A stretch of DNA of 64,000 nt from an uncultured virus (IMG/VR IMGVR_UViG_3300042502_001066) (taxonomy: Duplodnaviria; Heunggongvirae; Uroviricota; Caudoviricetes): IMG/VR virus record IMGVR_UViG_3300042502_001066, one strand, 5' to 3'. Positions within the stretch are counted from its first letter, which is position 1. Each line of letters opens with the position of its first letter. The notes under the pieces were generated by a model that saw nothing but the letters and a program-made list of their open reading frames with translations, was not told the origin of the DNA and did no database searches. Shown in pieces: positions 20,756-31,278 of this stretch. The translations under genes and the position numbers were made by a program.

Positions 20756-21310
20756 ATGATTATGAATTATATATTATTTGCATTCGGGGAATATAAAGAA
20801 AACCCACAGGCTTTAAACCTTTTAACTGAAACGGTATCACAAATATCAAAAGGTGAGATAAAATTCCAACATGGAGACAGTGGTGTCATAATAACATTTG
20901 GCACGAAGTTGGATTGGGAAGATATAGACGACTATATGAAAAAAAATATTGTTAAATTAACGGCAATGTATTTTGTTTTCCCTATTGAATCTGACATGAT
21001 ATATTCTATGGACGAAGATATTAAAAAACATTTGTTTGAAAACACTGACATTTTGACAGAAAAAGAAGAATTAAATCAGACTAGATACGTAAGTGATAAT
21101 ACAGGAGTTCCTGAATTTTTAAAGGGTATACATATTCACAGGGGTAGTCCTTTTGATGATATTCTTAAAATTCTTAATGAAGAAGTTATTCAAGATGTAC
21201 CAGTTATGACACTTAATGATTTATTGGATAAGATAAAAGAAAAAGGTATAGATAGTTTGTCAGAAATTCAATTAAAACAATTAGAAATTTACTCAAAACA
21301 AATAATATGA
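20756..21310 (+). CDS. Hypothetical protein with C-terminal DUF6576-like helix pair
   Basis: LNDLLDKIKEKGIDSLS motif; start moved to the ATG after the promoter. Confidence 0.5.
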   Translation: MIMNYILFAFGEYKENPQALNLLTETVSQISKGEIKFQHGDSGVIITFGTKLDWEDIDDYMKKNIVKLTAMYFVFPIESDMIYSMDEDIKKHLFENTDILTEKEELNQTRYVSDNTGVPEFLKGIHIHRGSPFDDILKILNEEVIQDVPVMTLNDLLDKIKEKGIDSLSEIQLKQLEIYSKQII

Positions 21311-22107
21311 TGGAAAAAAACCAAGTTATCCCGATTAATCAAGACGAAGTACAAATCTACCTTAAAGAACTTAGACGTATTAAGGTAATGACTCCTGAAA
21401 GAGAAAGGGAACTGTCAGCTACGATGCAAAACCCAGAGACACCTGATAGTGAAAAGGCTGGCATCTGTAAAGAATTGTTAGAGGGTAACCTACGATTTGT
21501 CATTACTGTCGCTAAACAGTATCAGGGACAAGGTGTTGATTTTAGTGATTTAGTTGCGGAAGGGAATATAGGGCTTATGAAGGCAATTCAGAGTTTTGAT
21601 TGGACAAAGAACCTTCGTTTTATATCATATGCAGTGTGGTGGATTAGACAATCTATTCTACAGTCTTTGAATGAACACTCAAGAACAATCCGTATCCCTG
21701 TGAATGTTATCCAAGATTTATATAAAGAAAAGAAACGTACAGACAAGACAGGTGAGAGAATTGATGACCGATTTGCTAACCTACCATCAACGATTAACCT
21801 ACAAACTCAGATTAATGAGGATGGTGATACATTGATTGATTTGATTGTGAACAAAGACAGTGATATGCCTGATGAGATATTCAATAATGGGGAACAACTT
21901 AAAGACGGATTATTCAGTATTATGAATATTTTGGATGAACGTGAAAGACAGATTATTGAAGACTATTATGGTATCTCAGGAACCCCAAGAACACTTGAAG
22001 ATATTGGTTCAGATTTCAGTTTAACTAAGGAAAGAGTAAGACAAATTAAAGAAAAAGCTCTTCGTAAGTTACGAAATGAAAGTGTTACCTTGTTTGATTA
22101 TATGTAA
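21307..22107 (+). CDS. RNA polymerase sigma factor, RpoD-family, Bacteroidota type
   Basis: NLRFVITVAKQY, EGNIGLMKA, FISYAVWWIRQSILQ, TLEDIG...TKERVRQIKEKALRKLR; no region 1.1. Confidence 0.92.
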   Translation: MMEKNQVIPINQDEVQIYLKELRRIKVMTPERERELSATMQNPETPDSEKAGICKELLEGNLRFVITVAKQYQGQGVDFSDLVAEGNIGLMKAIQSFDWTKNLRFISYAVWWIRQSILQSLNEHSRTIRIPVNVIQDLYKEKKRTDKTGERIDDRFANLPSTINLQTQINEDGDTLIDLIVNKDSDMPDEIFNNGEQLKDGLFSIMNILDERERQIIEDYYGISGTPRTLEDIGSDFSLTKERVRQIKEKALRKLRNESVTLFDYM

Positions 22108-22157
22108 TCAACTATTTATTGTTATAAATTTAATTTTAAATTAGATAAAAAAACATT

Positions 22158-22436
22158 ATGGAAAAATTACAGAAATACTTTATCCCCGCGATTTTGGTAA
22201 TCGTATTATTATCCTTCTTTAAAGGATGTGGAACCTCAACCCAAGTCAAAACGACTGAAAAACAGATTGAGTTATTAACAAAGAAAGTTGACTCTTTAAG
22301 TACTATCGTAGTATCTCAGGATAAACTAATTACTATCATTAAAGAAACTCCAAGTTGGAAGACTTTAGAAATTGAAGAATTGTCGGATAAGAACCATATG
22401 CCCATAAACCATTACAAGAATGAGTTGGGACAATGA
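22158..22436 (+). CDS. Putative lipoprotein / membrane-anchored coiled-coil protein
   Basis: Hydrophobic N-terminus ending FFKGC. Confidence 0.5.
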   Translation: MEKLQKYFIPAILVIVLLSFFKGCGTSTQVKTTEKQIELLTKKVDSLSTIVVSQDKLITIIKETPSWKTLEIEELSDKNHMPINHYKNELGQ

Positions 22437-23377
22437 AAAATTGGTTTAGTAGAAATTTAACAAACATAATTTCTTTAGCCTTTGTTATTCCAATATTACT
22501 CGTAGCGTTTGTGTCAATATCACACGTTACGAGTTTTTATGGTTTATCTAATCCTTTTACTTGGGCTATATATCTTTCAGTAGGTATTGAAATTGCTGCA
22601 TTATCTGCCTTAGCTGCCGTATCAGTTAACATGGGTAGATTTGTTTATTTTCCGTTTTTAATCGTAACATTTATTCAAATGTTGGGAAACATATTCTTTT
22701 CGTTTACATACATTGATGAAACATCACAGACATTCCAAGATTGGATTTCAATGGTTGGTGGATTACTTGAAAATATGGGTATTGAAAAGACTGATTTAAA
22801 CAGTCATAAAACAGTTTTAGCATTCCTAACTGGCGGATTACTACCAATCATCTCTCTTACATTTGCTCACATGTTGGTTAAGTTCACTGAAAAGAACAAA
22901 GAAGTTATTGAGAAAGATGTTGAAACTATTCCGGTGAGAGAAGAAATTAAAATAGTTTTTGATGAAACGAAAAAAACTGAGGAACCTAAAAAATGGGAAC
23001 CTAATCAAGAACAACTAAATCAGTTAGAGGAAATATTAAAAAATAATTATCCGGTTAAAGAGGAACCTAAAAATGACCCATATCGACCATCAGAAGAAGA
23101 TTTACGTAAGATTGAAGAAGTTTTAAATGGTTATACTGAAATTGTTAAAGAAAATATTAATGAGAACAATGAGGTAATAACTGAAGACGTTGTTGAAGAA
23201 CCTGTAGAAGAAGTTAAAACAATTACTGAGGAAAATCAGTATGACAATACGGTTTATATGGGTTTACTTAAAAAAGAAGAAGAAATACAACCTGAAGAGG
23301 TTGAAAAAAAAAATGATGAAAATGTCGAATCGACTCAAGATTACAAGGTTTTAAACTATTTGAAAAGGGATGCTTAA
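22433..23377 (+). CDS. Multi-pass membrane protein with acidic C-terminal tail
   Basis: About four hydrophobic helices, then an E/K-rich region. Confidence 0.6.
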   Translation: MKNWFSRNLTNIISLAFVIPILLVAFVSISHVTSFYGLSNPFTWAIYLSVGIEIAALSALAAVSVNMGRFVYFPFLIVTFIQMLGNIFFSFTYIDETSQTFQDWISMVGGLLENMGIEKTDLNSHKTVLAFLTGGLLPIISLTFAHMLVKFTEKNKEVIEKDVETIPVREEIKIVFDETKKTEEPKKWEPNQEQLNQLEEILKNNYPVKEEPKNDPYRPSEEDLRKIEEVLNGYTEIVKENINENNEVITEDVVEEPVEEVKTITEENQYDNTVYMGLLKKEEEIQPEEVEKKNDENVESTQDYKVLNYLKRDA

Positions 23378-23969
23378 TATTAAAAAATATGGTAAATTTC
23401 CTAAGTTTGAAAAAAACAAAAACAAAAAGCAAATAATTCTTTGTCATAGTTTTAGGCCTCAGAATGAATATCTAACGTCATTAAAGAATCGAAATAATGG
23501 TAATTTTGATAGAATACCAAACTATTTTATAAATAAAAAAGGTGATATCATAAGTCTAATACCTGACGATTCTTATTCAAATATTTTTACTGATACGGAG
23601 ATAAATAGAAATTCTATTGTCATTTGTTTGGAGAATTTAGGATGGTTAAAAAAAACTCCTTTAGGAATATCATATTCTAATTGGATTGGTGATATTTATA
23701 GTAAAGATATTTTTGAAAAAAAATGGAGAGATAAGATTTGGTGGGAACCATACCCATTAGAACAGATTGATTCTCTTGTTGGATTATCAAAAAAACTTTT
23801 GAGTAAGTTTTCAATAGATAATAGATTTATTGGACACAACACAAAAGTTGAGGGTGTAAAATTGTTTAATGGGATTGTTTGTAAAAGTAATTTCAACAAT
23901 CGATTTACTGATTTAAGCCCATCTTTTAATTATGAATATTTTAAAAACAATATAGAAAATGAAGGATAA
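23370..23969 (+). CDS. N-acetylmuramoyl-L-alanine amidase-like protein
   Basis: IILCHS, YFINKKG.I, SIVICLENLG, FIGH, DLSP pattern; some catalytic residues look divergent. Confidence 0.65.
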   Translation: MLNIKKYGKFPKFEKNKNKKQIILCHSFRPQNEYLTSLKNRNNGNFDRIPNYFINKKGDIISLIPDDSYSNIFTDTEINRNSIVICLENLGWLKKTPLGISYSNWIGDIYSKDIFEKKWRDKIWWEPYPLEQIDSLVGLSKKLLSKFSIDNRFIGHNTKVEGVKLFNGIVCKSNFNNRFTDLSPSFNYEYFKNNIENEG

Positions 23970-24564
23970 CCAAGACATCAAAAATCAGATTAATATAATT
24001 AGAGATTTAATTAATAGTAAAAATCCTAATATATCTGAACACATTAGTGAAATAAAGAAAACTTATTTAGTTGAGGACGCAATTAGAGATACTCCTAATA
24101 TTAATGATAGGTATAATGTACCAGGTGCGGTTGAAGATGAAATTGAAGACACTGATGGTAAAAGTAGTGAATTTGAACAGGGATATCGTATTTCAGGTGG
24201 ATTATTAGTTTTACATGGTAATAGCACTCAAGATGTTGAATTAACAACTGATGATAAGAAAAATTTCCAAGAAACGATGGACGAGTTTGTTTCCGAAGTT
24301 TCTGATTTGGTGAATTTTGGTCAATTAAATGTTTATCAGAGTAATGTTGATTGGAGTGGTAAGATTGTTGATTTTGATTTAAATTTTTATTTCACTATAG
24401 GTGAAAGTAATGGTATCTACATTTCAGGTGATATGGTAAAAGTTGATGAAAACTTTTTAGATGGTATTAATAAACTTCAAACTTTCTATGAGAAATTTAA
24501 GTCAAAATGGGCTAAAGTTCTTGCTAGTAGAAAGAAAACAAAACCTGAGACAAATGAACAATAA
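23959..24564 (+). CDS. Hypothetical protein
   Basis: ORF overlapping both neighbours. Confidence 0.6.
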   Translation: MKDNQDIKNQINIIRDLINSKNPNISEHISEIKKTYLVEDAIRDTPNINDRYNVPGAVEDEIEDTDGKSSEFEQGYRISGGLLVLHGNSTQDVELTTDDKKNFQETMDEFVSEVSDLVNFGQLNVYQSNVDWSGKIVDFDLNFYFTIGESNGIYISGDMVKVDENFLDGINKLQTFYEKFKSKWAKVLASRKKTKPETNEQ

Positions 24565-24898
24565 GAATAATATAATTGGAATTTTATTTTTAATTATTAT
24601 CGGTTTGTTTGTGTATAATATTATTACAACAAATCAAATTAAAACTGATGTTAAAAAATATCAAACATCAATTGATAGTATCCAAACAAAGATTGATTCA
24701 GTCTCAATTTTGAATAAAGAATTAGATAATAAATTAGCGGAACTCGATACAAATATATTAGAAATAACCCAAGAAATACAATTGGTTGATAACAACATAA
24801 ACGTAATTAAAAAGAAAACAAATGAAAAAGTTGCTTCTGTTGATAATCTCGGTAATGATGACCTTCAACATTTTTTCACAGACAAATACGGTAAGTAA
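24554..24898 (+). CDS. N-anchored coiled-coil membrane protein (i-spanin-like)
   Basis: TM helix then heptad repeats; start moved to ATG 24554. Confidence 0.45.
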   Translation: MNNKNNIIGILFLIIIGLFVYNIITTNQIKTDVKKYQTSIDSIQTKIDSVSILNKELDNKLAELDTNILEITQEIQLVDNNINVIKKKTNEKVASVDNLGNDDLQHFFTDKYGK

Positions 24899-25244
24899 AG
24901 ACACTACTAAGGTTGTTATCAGTTCTGAGGTTGCTAGAAAGATTGCTAAAGATTTGATTAGGTTGGATGGTTGTATTGAAGAAAACCAACAATTATATTC
25001 TAAAATTTCTTTATTGGAAAAGAGGGAAGGTGATAAAGATAAGAAAATTGAAATTTTAGAAGAGAAAGATAAAAACAATCAAATTATTATTGGTGAGAAA
25101 GACAAACAAATTGGTTTATATGTTGATATGACTGATGATTTAAAGGATGAGATTAAAACCAATAACGATAAAACTAAATGGTGGAAAGTCGGAACCTATG
25201 CTGGTGGAGGATTAACACTTTTATTATTAATACTTGCGTTTTAA
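24822..25244 (+). CDS. Secreted coiled-coil protein with C-terminal TM helix
   Basis: Signal peptide ending IFS-Q; C-terminal hydrophobic helix; overlaps previous gene by 77 bp. Confidence 0.5.
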   Translation: MKKLLLLIISVMMTFNIFSQTNTVSKDTTKVVISSEVARKIAKDLIRLDGCIEENQQLYSKISLLEKREGDKDKKIEILEEKDKNNQIIIGEKDKQIGLYVDMTDDLKDEIKTNNDKTKWWKVGTYAGGGLTLLLLILAF

Positions 25245-25245
25245 A

Positions 25246-25488
25246 ATGGCTTTCAATCAATCTGAAAAAAACGAAATAGAAAAAATTGTTAAAAAAGAAG
25301 TGAAAGGATTTCTTGAATCAAACACTTTAAAACAATTTGAAACTAAACTTATTGATATTATATCATCTGAAGTTAAGAAGGGTGGTATAAATAAAGATAT
25401 AAAATTAATTGTAACCAAATCATTACAAGATTTTTATGAGTATTTATTTACATCAAGAAATATTTGGGGAGATAGATTAAAAAGATAA
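25246..25488 (+). CDS. Hypothetical protein
   Basis: ORF; ATG start chosen. Confidence 0.6.
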   Translation: MAFNQSEKNEIEKIVKKEVKGFLESNTLKQFETKLIDIISSEVKKGGINKDIKLIVTKSLQDFYEYLFTSRNIWGDRLKR

Positions 25489-25491
25489 AAT

Positions 25492-26037
25492 ATGAACTTA
25501 GGACAATCTTTAATGAATAGTATTAGAAAACAGTATGGACAACTTGGTCAATCAGGTGCAGATGCTGCGGAAGATTTGAATAAGTATTCAAAAGCATTAG
25601 AAACTAAAGAAGCAACTAGTTCAGGCTCAGTAGGAGCGTTTGTTGGACCGTTATCAGAAGAAGAACATTGTGATGTTTGTGATAAAACTAAATCTGAATG
25701 TAGTTGTGATGGTATTAAAAAAGTTGAAGCAACTGAAGCGACAGGTTCTAGCTCATCTGGTTCATATGAAGGACCTTCATTTTTGGCTAAGTCATCAAGT
25801 AAGAAAGATTGGAGAGGTGCGTCAAAACCTTTATATAAAGGTGGAAAGTTTGTTAAAATTAAAAAGAAATGTCAAAAGTACCCTTACTGTAACCAAGGTG
25901 ATATTAATGCTTTAAAACTTTCTGAAACTGATATATTTGAAAATATTGTTGGTAAATTATCTAAAGAATATAATTTAAGTGAAACAACAATTACTAAAAT
26001 GATTAATGAAGAAATACTAAAAAATCTAAAAAAATAA
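25492..26037 (+). CDS. Hypothetical head-associated protein
   Basis: Two EAT-x-S-x-S-x-G-x-(F/Y)-x-GP motifs; KKC..YPYCNQG. Confidence 0.45.
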   Translation: MNLGQSLMNSIRKQYGQLGQSGADAAEDLNKYSKALETKEATSSGSVGAFVGPLSEEEHCDVCDKTKSECSCDGIKKVEATEATGSSSSGSYEGPSFLAKSSSKKDWRGASKPLYKGGKFVKIKKKCQKYPYCNQGDINALKLSETDIFENIVGKLSKEYNLSETTITKMINEEILKNLKK

Positions 26038-26059
26038 GTATTTATTATAAAAAACAAAA

Positions 26060-27559
26060 ATGAACCAAAACCAAAAATTATTCAGTAAAATTTTAAATGA
26101 AAGTTTAAATGAAAAGGCTGAAGAAATTACAAAAAAAATTAAGGAAAAGGTTGAAACAATGGAAGACGTTGATAAGTACGACTTAGAAGTTGGTACTGAT
26201 TATGGTTTTGATGATGAGGATGAGGATTATACGTTTATGAGAAGAGGTAAACATTCATCACATGGACCGTTTCATTTTAAAAGAAATAAACAAGGTGGTG
26301 ATGTCGCCTTTGGAGAAAAAAAAATAGCAAATATGAAAAAAAGAATTAAAGAAGATGATAATGCAGGTCTTGAAGATTTGGCATTAGCGATGGGTTCTAA
26401 AGATGCGAGAAGTGAAACAACTGAAAGACTACATGGTGGTCAAAAAAAATTAGATGTTGCAGAACCTAAAGGTAAACTGACTAAAGCGGATTTTTTAAAA
26501 TTACAAAAAATGGAAGAAGAAGTAGAAGAAGGTAACGCTTTTACTAAAAAATTAAAAGACACGCCAAAAGGTGGTAAATTTAAATTAGGTGGTAAAACTT
26601 ATACTGATAACTCTGAACTTGATGAAGATTTAGGTGGTATGGGTTTAGGTATGGGACATGATGAATTTGAAGATATTAATCTATCTGACGATGAAAATCC
26701 AAGAGTTCAATCACTAAAGAAAAAGTATATGAGAAACTATCCAGAAATTGACCAAGAGGTTGATTTTGTTTCTGATAATGAAGAACCTATTAATTATCGA
26801 GTTAAAATGTCTGATGGTGATTTTCTTGATTTATCTGAATCTGAATTAGTTGATATGATTGAAGAACTTGTCACTGAAGAAAAAGTTAAAGATAATTTAA
26901 AAAAGACAGGTAAACCGGCTGGTTTGGTTCAATACGATAGAGTTTCTAAAAAAGATAAAGAACAGAACTCAAAGGCAAATAAAGAATCTTTTAAAAAGAT
27001 GTCTGAATATGTTAAAGCGGGTTCTAAAGATACGTTTAAATCTAATCCTGTTATGTTCCCAAAAGGTAATGGAGAACTTGCAAAAATGGATAAAAAGGCT
27101 TATACTGCATCTGAGTATGTTGATGAGTATGTTGACGCATTTGCATACCCAGGTCAAACTAATATAGTATTTGATGAGATTAAACCTGATGATAAAAAAA
27201 TTGAGATGTACCTTAAAGGTAATAAACTAACAGGTAACGCTGAATTAGATGAGGACGGAAACCCACTAGGTAATGTTGTTCCAAGTAAGTTAGGTGAAAA
27301 GATGTATAAGAACTACAAGGATAATTTATATGGTGCAGAACAGTTAGAGGCGTCTTATAAGAGACAATCACAACCTGTTGAGGTTGCTGGTGAAGTAACT
27401 CAAAAGGGTGGATTAAAAAGTAAGAAAAGTTCATCAGCCGCTAAAGCTCAAAAAGTTTTAGATAATGTTGACGAATCAATTTTAAATGAAAAAAGTTCGT
27501 TGCTTAATGAGGAAATGGAAAACATGAAAAAACTTATTGGGTATCAATACAAAAAATAA
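26060..27559 (+). CDS. Highly charged putative prohead core/internal protein
   Basis: Many (I/L/V)xE sites, K/E/D-rich, TATTTAT upstream. Confidence 0.45.
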   Translation: MNQNQKLFSKILNESLNEKAEEITKKIKEKVETMEDVDKYDLEVGTDYGFDDEDEDYTFMRRGKHSSHGPFHFKRNKQGGDVAFGEKKIANMKKRIKEDDNAGLEDLALAMGSKDARSETTERLHGGQKKLDVAEPKGKLTKADFLKLQKMEEEVEEGNAFTKKLKDTPKGGKFKLGGKTYTDNSELDEDLGGMGLGMGHDEFEDINLSDDENPRVQSLKKKYMRNYPEIDQEVDFVSDNEEPINYRVKMSDGDFLDLSESELVDMIEELVTEEKVKDNLKKTGKPAGLVQYDRVSKKDKEQNSKANKESFKKMSEYVKAGSKDTFKSNPVMFPKGNGELAKMDKKAYTASEYVDEYVDAFAYPGQTNIVFDEIKPDDKKIEMYLKGNKLTGNAELDEDGNPLGNVVPSKLGEKMYKNYKDNLYGAEQLEASYKRQSQPVEVAGEVTQKGGLKSKKSSSAAKAQKVLDNVDESILNEKSSLLNEEMENMKKLIGYQYKK

Positions 27560-27603
27560 TTAGTTACTTTATAATAATTTAATTTATAATTCTCTATAGA
27601 AAT

Positions 27604-28077
27604 ATGGAGAATTTTTTTTTATATATATCTAAACCCGTTGACGACGAAGAGTTTGATTTTTGGGTTGATTCAAATAATATATGTTATTTGAAAATGGAGT
27701 TGTTCCAAGATTTTGTTATATCCTTAGTAAATTTGGTTTACAGTACATATCTTGGTCATGAAACAACTATGGAAACAAATATTAAAATAACTGAAGAAGA
27801 TGATTTAAAACACTTTGATTGGTGTTGGGAAAAAACCATTAAAAATTTTAATAAAGAAGGTGTATTTTTTGAATATGATGGTGAACACAAAACTTTTATA
27901 AGAAGTTTTTTAGATGAAACTTTTTATTCTCAAAAAGTTACTGAGGTTAGAATGTCTTTAGTTAAGTTTTTCTCTGAAGTTTTTAATATGGATACAATCT
28001 TTACTAAATCTGATTTAGATTTGTTAACTACTTTGTATAAATCATTAGAAAAAAATGTCAAAGTAAATTTACAATAA
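27604..28077 (+). CDS. Hypothetical protein
   Basis: ORF. Confidence 0.6.
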   Translation: MENFFLYISKPVDDEEFDFWVDSNNICYLKMELFQDFVISLVNLVYSTYLGHETTMETNIKITEEDDLKHFDWCWEKTIKNFNKEGVFFEYDGEHKTFIRSFLDETFYSQKVTEVRMSLVKFFSEVFNMDTIFTKSDLDLLTTLYKSLEKNVKVNLQ

Positions 28078-28131
28078 TTTAAAAACCTTTATTCTTGATA
28101 TTATAATAAACAATTTTTAATTTTTAATTAA

Positions 28132-28308
28132 ATGGAGACTGTAGAAAAAATCAAAGAATTAACTGAATTACTTTCTGTTGATGCCGGAAAATTCTATAAC
28201 GGTAATAAAAGTGCTGGAACTCGAGCTAGAAAAAGTGCTCAAGAGTTAAAGGCGTTATTACAACAATTTAGAGGAGAAATTTTAGAAGGTAAAAAGAAGG
28301 ATGCTTAA
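28132..28308 (+). CDS. Histone H1-like protein (Hc1 family), 58 aa
   Basis: Hand translation METVEKIKEL...GNKSAGTRARKSAQELKALLQQFR; GNKxAGTRARK is the Hc1-family motif; below the ORF-track cutoff. Confidence 0.8.
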   Translation: METVEKIKELTELLSVDAGKFYNGNKSAGTRARKSAQELKALLQQFRGEILEGKKKDA

Positions 28309-28492
28309 TATAACGTCAATATTTTTATTTTTCTTTGTTCTTAGCATTTTAAATGTGTTTAGAATTTCATTTATTTTTTTAAGAGCCCTACTACAAACTT
28401 CACCCGAAAGGTTAAAGTTAAGTGGTAGGGACCTCTTAACTTTCTATTTAACTTTAAGTTATATTATAACCTACATTATTGATTTATCATGA
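28301..28492 (+). CDS. Small two-TM membrane protein
   Basis: Two hydrophobic segments; coupled to neighbours. Confidence 0.5.
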   Translation: MLNITSIFLFFFVLSILNVFRISFIFLRALLQTSPERLKLSGRDLLTFYLTLSYIITYIIDLS

Positions 28493-28932
28493 GTATATAT
28501 AAAGAATTAACACCAATTATAAATTATTTAACACAAATTAGGAAATTAGAAAATTACTTAGTTTTTGATGTTGCTTTCCCGATGACTTGGAAAATGTTAA
28601 AAAAACACATAATTGAGGATAAGTTTGTTAATAACGGTACTGCAAATGACTTATTGAATTTATCATTTGTTAGTGAATATGATGAAAAAAATATTAATCT
28701 TATTCAGGAAAACATCTTGAATATTATTAATTATAATTTAGAGCGAGAGGAGAAAGAAAGACTATTGGAATCTAAGATTAATGAATTAAAAACTATTTTT
28801 GATAAAGAGTCATTAGATAATCTTAAAAATTTTAAATTTGATATTAATAAAAAAATAAGTTTAAACGATGTTAAATCTAGACCAAACTCAGAAGTTATTG
28901 AACTCCCTAGCATCATCGCAGAAGAAGGATAA
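28489..28932 (+). CDS. Hypothetical protein
   Basis: ORF. Confidence 0.6.
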   Translation: MSIYKELTPIINYLTQIRKLENYLVFDVAFPMTWKMLKKHIIEDKFVNNGTANDLLNLSFVSEYDEKNINLIQENILNIINYNLEREEKERLLESKINELKTIFDKESLDNLKNFKFDINKKISLNDVKSRPNSEVIELPSIIAEEG

Positions 28933-29059
28933 AGATGATTTAGAAAGACAAAAAAAAGAAATGGCGGAATTGTTCAAACAGTTCAAAAAAGAAGATTTCT
29001 TTAAACCTGAAAAAAAATTAACATTATGGCAGAGAATAAGGAAAGTGATGAATTTCTAA
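28868..29059 (+). CDS. Small basic hypothetical protein
   Basis: ORF ending in amphipathic LWQRIRKVM. Confidence 0.5.
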   Translation: MLNLDQTQKLLNSLASSQKKDKDDLERQKKEMAELFKQFKKEDFFKPEKKLTLWQRIRKVMNF

Positions 29060-29247
29060 GTAAATTGGCGATTATTGCTGACGCTTCACAGACTTTATTA
29101 AAAGGTAAAGTTACAATTATATTTGAGTTACCTTTGGAAGAATTTGAAACATCGTTATCAACATTTAATACTGGTAAAGATAGCGAGGCTGAACAATTTA
29201 AAGTAGATATTTCAGGGACTGATTTTATTTTTATCTTGGATAAGTAG
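29026..29247 (+). CDS. Hypothetical protein
   Basis: ORF. Confidence 0.5.
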   Translation: MAENKESDEFLSKLAIIADASQTLLKGKVTIIFELPLEEFETSLSTFNTGKDSEAEQFKVDISGTDFIFILDK

Positions 29248-29860
29248 TAAAACTTGTATACAAGAACTTTTTATTAAATCCTTTCTCAATCAATAAGTTG
29301 TATAGGTATTTTCTCTGTGACTGAGAGACATCTCTAACAATCATTAGTTTTGATTTAACTTCCAAAGTACTCAGTATTGTTAAAAATCTTTCACAATCTT
29401 CTTCATTCTTTAAACTAAATAATGAAAAATCGTCATCATTTTGTAAAACAAATTTATTTTTAATTTGTGAGATAAGATACAATTTATCTTTTATATAATT
29501 CTTAATAAAGTAGTCGACACTAATCTTATTATCATTTTTTACATCAAAAAGACTTTCTTCTAATCTATACACGTTAATTTTTTGTATATAGTTGTTATTG
29601 TCAATCTTAGGGTCGATTGATTTATTCCTACCAAACTCATCTAAATAATGAATATTATTATCGACATATTTGTCAGATACAATACCAAGGAAAAACTGAC
29701 ACTCATAACCATTTTCAAATTTCTTATCAAAAATAATTTCATTTGACTTTGATATTAAATTTTTATAATATTCATTTGCAAGATTTTCTCTAACAAAGGA
29801 TTTAAGTTTCTTTTTTTTCTTGTTATTTTTAAATAAAATTATATGGTATTTTGAATCCAT
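29231..29860 (-). CDS. Hypothetical protein
   Basis: 209-aa ORF convergent with previous gene. Confidence 0.6.
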   Translation of the reverse strand: MDSKYHIILFKNNKKKKKLKSFVRENLANEYYKNLISKSNEIIFDKKFENGYECQFFLGIVSDKYVDNNIHYLDEFGRNKSIDPKIDNNNYIQKINVYRLEESLFDVKNDNKISVDYFIKNYIKDKLYLISQIKNKFVLQNDDDFSLFSLKNEEDCERFLTILSTLEVKSKLMIVRDVSQSQRKYLYNLLIEKGFNKKFLYTSFTTYPR

Positions 29861-29897
29861 AGAGTAATGATAATAAATTTATAAAAAATTAAAATAG

Positions 29898-30818
29898 TTG
29901 GAAAATTTTTACGAAATACTTGGAGTCGATAGGTCATCAACACAAGATGAAATTAAAAAGGCGTATCGAAAATTAGCAGTTGAACATCACCCTGATAAAG
30001 GTGGTAATGAAGAGACATTTAAGAAAATTTCTCAAGCGTATGATACTTTGGGTGATGATGAAAAAAGAAGACAATATGATTTAGGTGGTAGTAATCCGTT
30101 TGGAGGGTTTGACTCAGACCCATTTAGTATGTTTAACGATTTGTTTAATAATATGGCGGGTCCAAAACAGAAAAGAGCACCTGATAAAGTAGTTGATTTA
30201 AATATAGGTACAATTGATTCTTTTTTAGCTCATAATATAGATGTTCAGTTTAGTCGAAAAGTTAATTGTAACACCTGTAATGGACAGGGTGGGGATAGAA
30301 TTACTTGTAACACTTGTAATGGTTCAGGTAGAATAGTACAAAGAGTTGGTAATTCTTTCTTCTCAAATATTTTACAGACAACATGTAACTCATGTCAAGG
30401 TAAGGGATATTCATTAAAGAATGTTTGTTTCTCCTGTGCTGGTGAAGGTAAAAATAATAAGTTTGAAACTATTAATATCAATTTACCTCATGGTATATCT
30501 GATGGTCAATTGATTAAAGCATCATCTATGGGTGATTATCATAATGGTTTGTTTGGTGATTTAATATTAAAAGTTAAAATAACACCACAGGATGGTTTTG
30601 ATAAGGTAAACAACGACTTAGTATACAATTATCAAATGTCGTTAGATGATTTTAATAAAGATACTTTAGATGTCCCACATCCATCAGGTAGTCTAAATAT
30701 TAAATTACCTGAAGAGATAGATACAACAAAACCCCTACGTGTTAAAGGTAAGGGTTTTAAAAATGACGGTATTGGTGATTTCTATGTTAATATGTACGTT
30801 AAACACAAGAGGGGGTAG
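29898..30818 (+). CDS. dnaJ: DnaJ co-chaperone
   Basis: J-domain with HPD, four CxxCxGxG repeats, C-terminal GKG...GD domain. Confidence 0.92.
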   Translation: MENFYEILGVDRSSTQDEIKKAYRKLAVEHHPDKGGNEETFKKISQAYDTLGDDEKRRQYDLGGSNPFGGFDSDPFSMFNDLFNNMAGPKQKRAPDKVVDLNIGTIDSFLAHNIDVQFSRKVNCNTCNGQGGDRITCNTCNGSGRIVQRVGNSFFSNILQTTCNSCQGKGYSLKNVCFSCAGEGKNNKFETININLPHGISDGQLIKASSMGDYHNGLFGDLILKVKITPQDGFDKVNNDLVYNYQMSLDDFNKDTLDVPHPSGSLNIKLPEEIDTTKPLRVKGKGFKNDGIGDFYVNMYVKHKRG

Positions 30819-30820
30819 AT

Positions 30821-31207
30821 TTATTCGTCTATCTCTGTTAGATACATCCAAGCATAATCGTTGTATTCAATTGCGATGAATATATAACCTTGAGTTTCAG
30901 ATGGACCCATATGGAAGTTACAGTTACCACCTTGTGAATCTAACATTCTGTAAGTGATATATGAATCTTCGTCACTTAGTTTGGTTACTACACGATATAC
31001 TTGGGTTTGTTGACTAAAGATGGTTACTTTGTCGTCTTCTAACTTGATTAGAATATCCACTGATGTTGGTGAACCATTCCATACGATTTCGTTATTTGTG
31101 TCTCTATAACCTGTATAGAGTTCTACGGCTTTAGCAAAACCTACTTCTTGAGAGAATGATAATAGTGTTGAAAGAACTAAAAAGACTGATAAGATAAATT
31201 TTTTCAT
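30821..31207 (-). CDS. Secreted hypothetical protein
   Basis: Signal peptide MKKFILSVFLVLSTLLSFS followed by Gln. Confidence 0.6.
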   Translation of the reverse strand: MKKFILSVFLVLSTLLSFSQEVGFAKAVELYTGYRDTNNEIVWNGSPTSVDILIKLEDDKVTIFSQQTQVYRVVTKLSDEDSYITYRMLDSQGGNCNFHMGPSETQGYIFIAIEYNDYAWMYLTEIDE

Positions 31208-31278
31208 TGTGTATATTTTTTTGTAAAGATACTATATTCTATGGATTTATGAAATAAATATTGTTATTTTTTTTAGGT

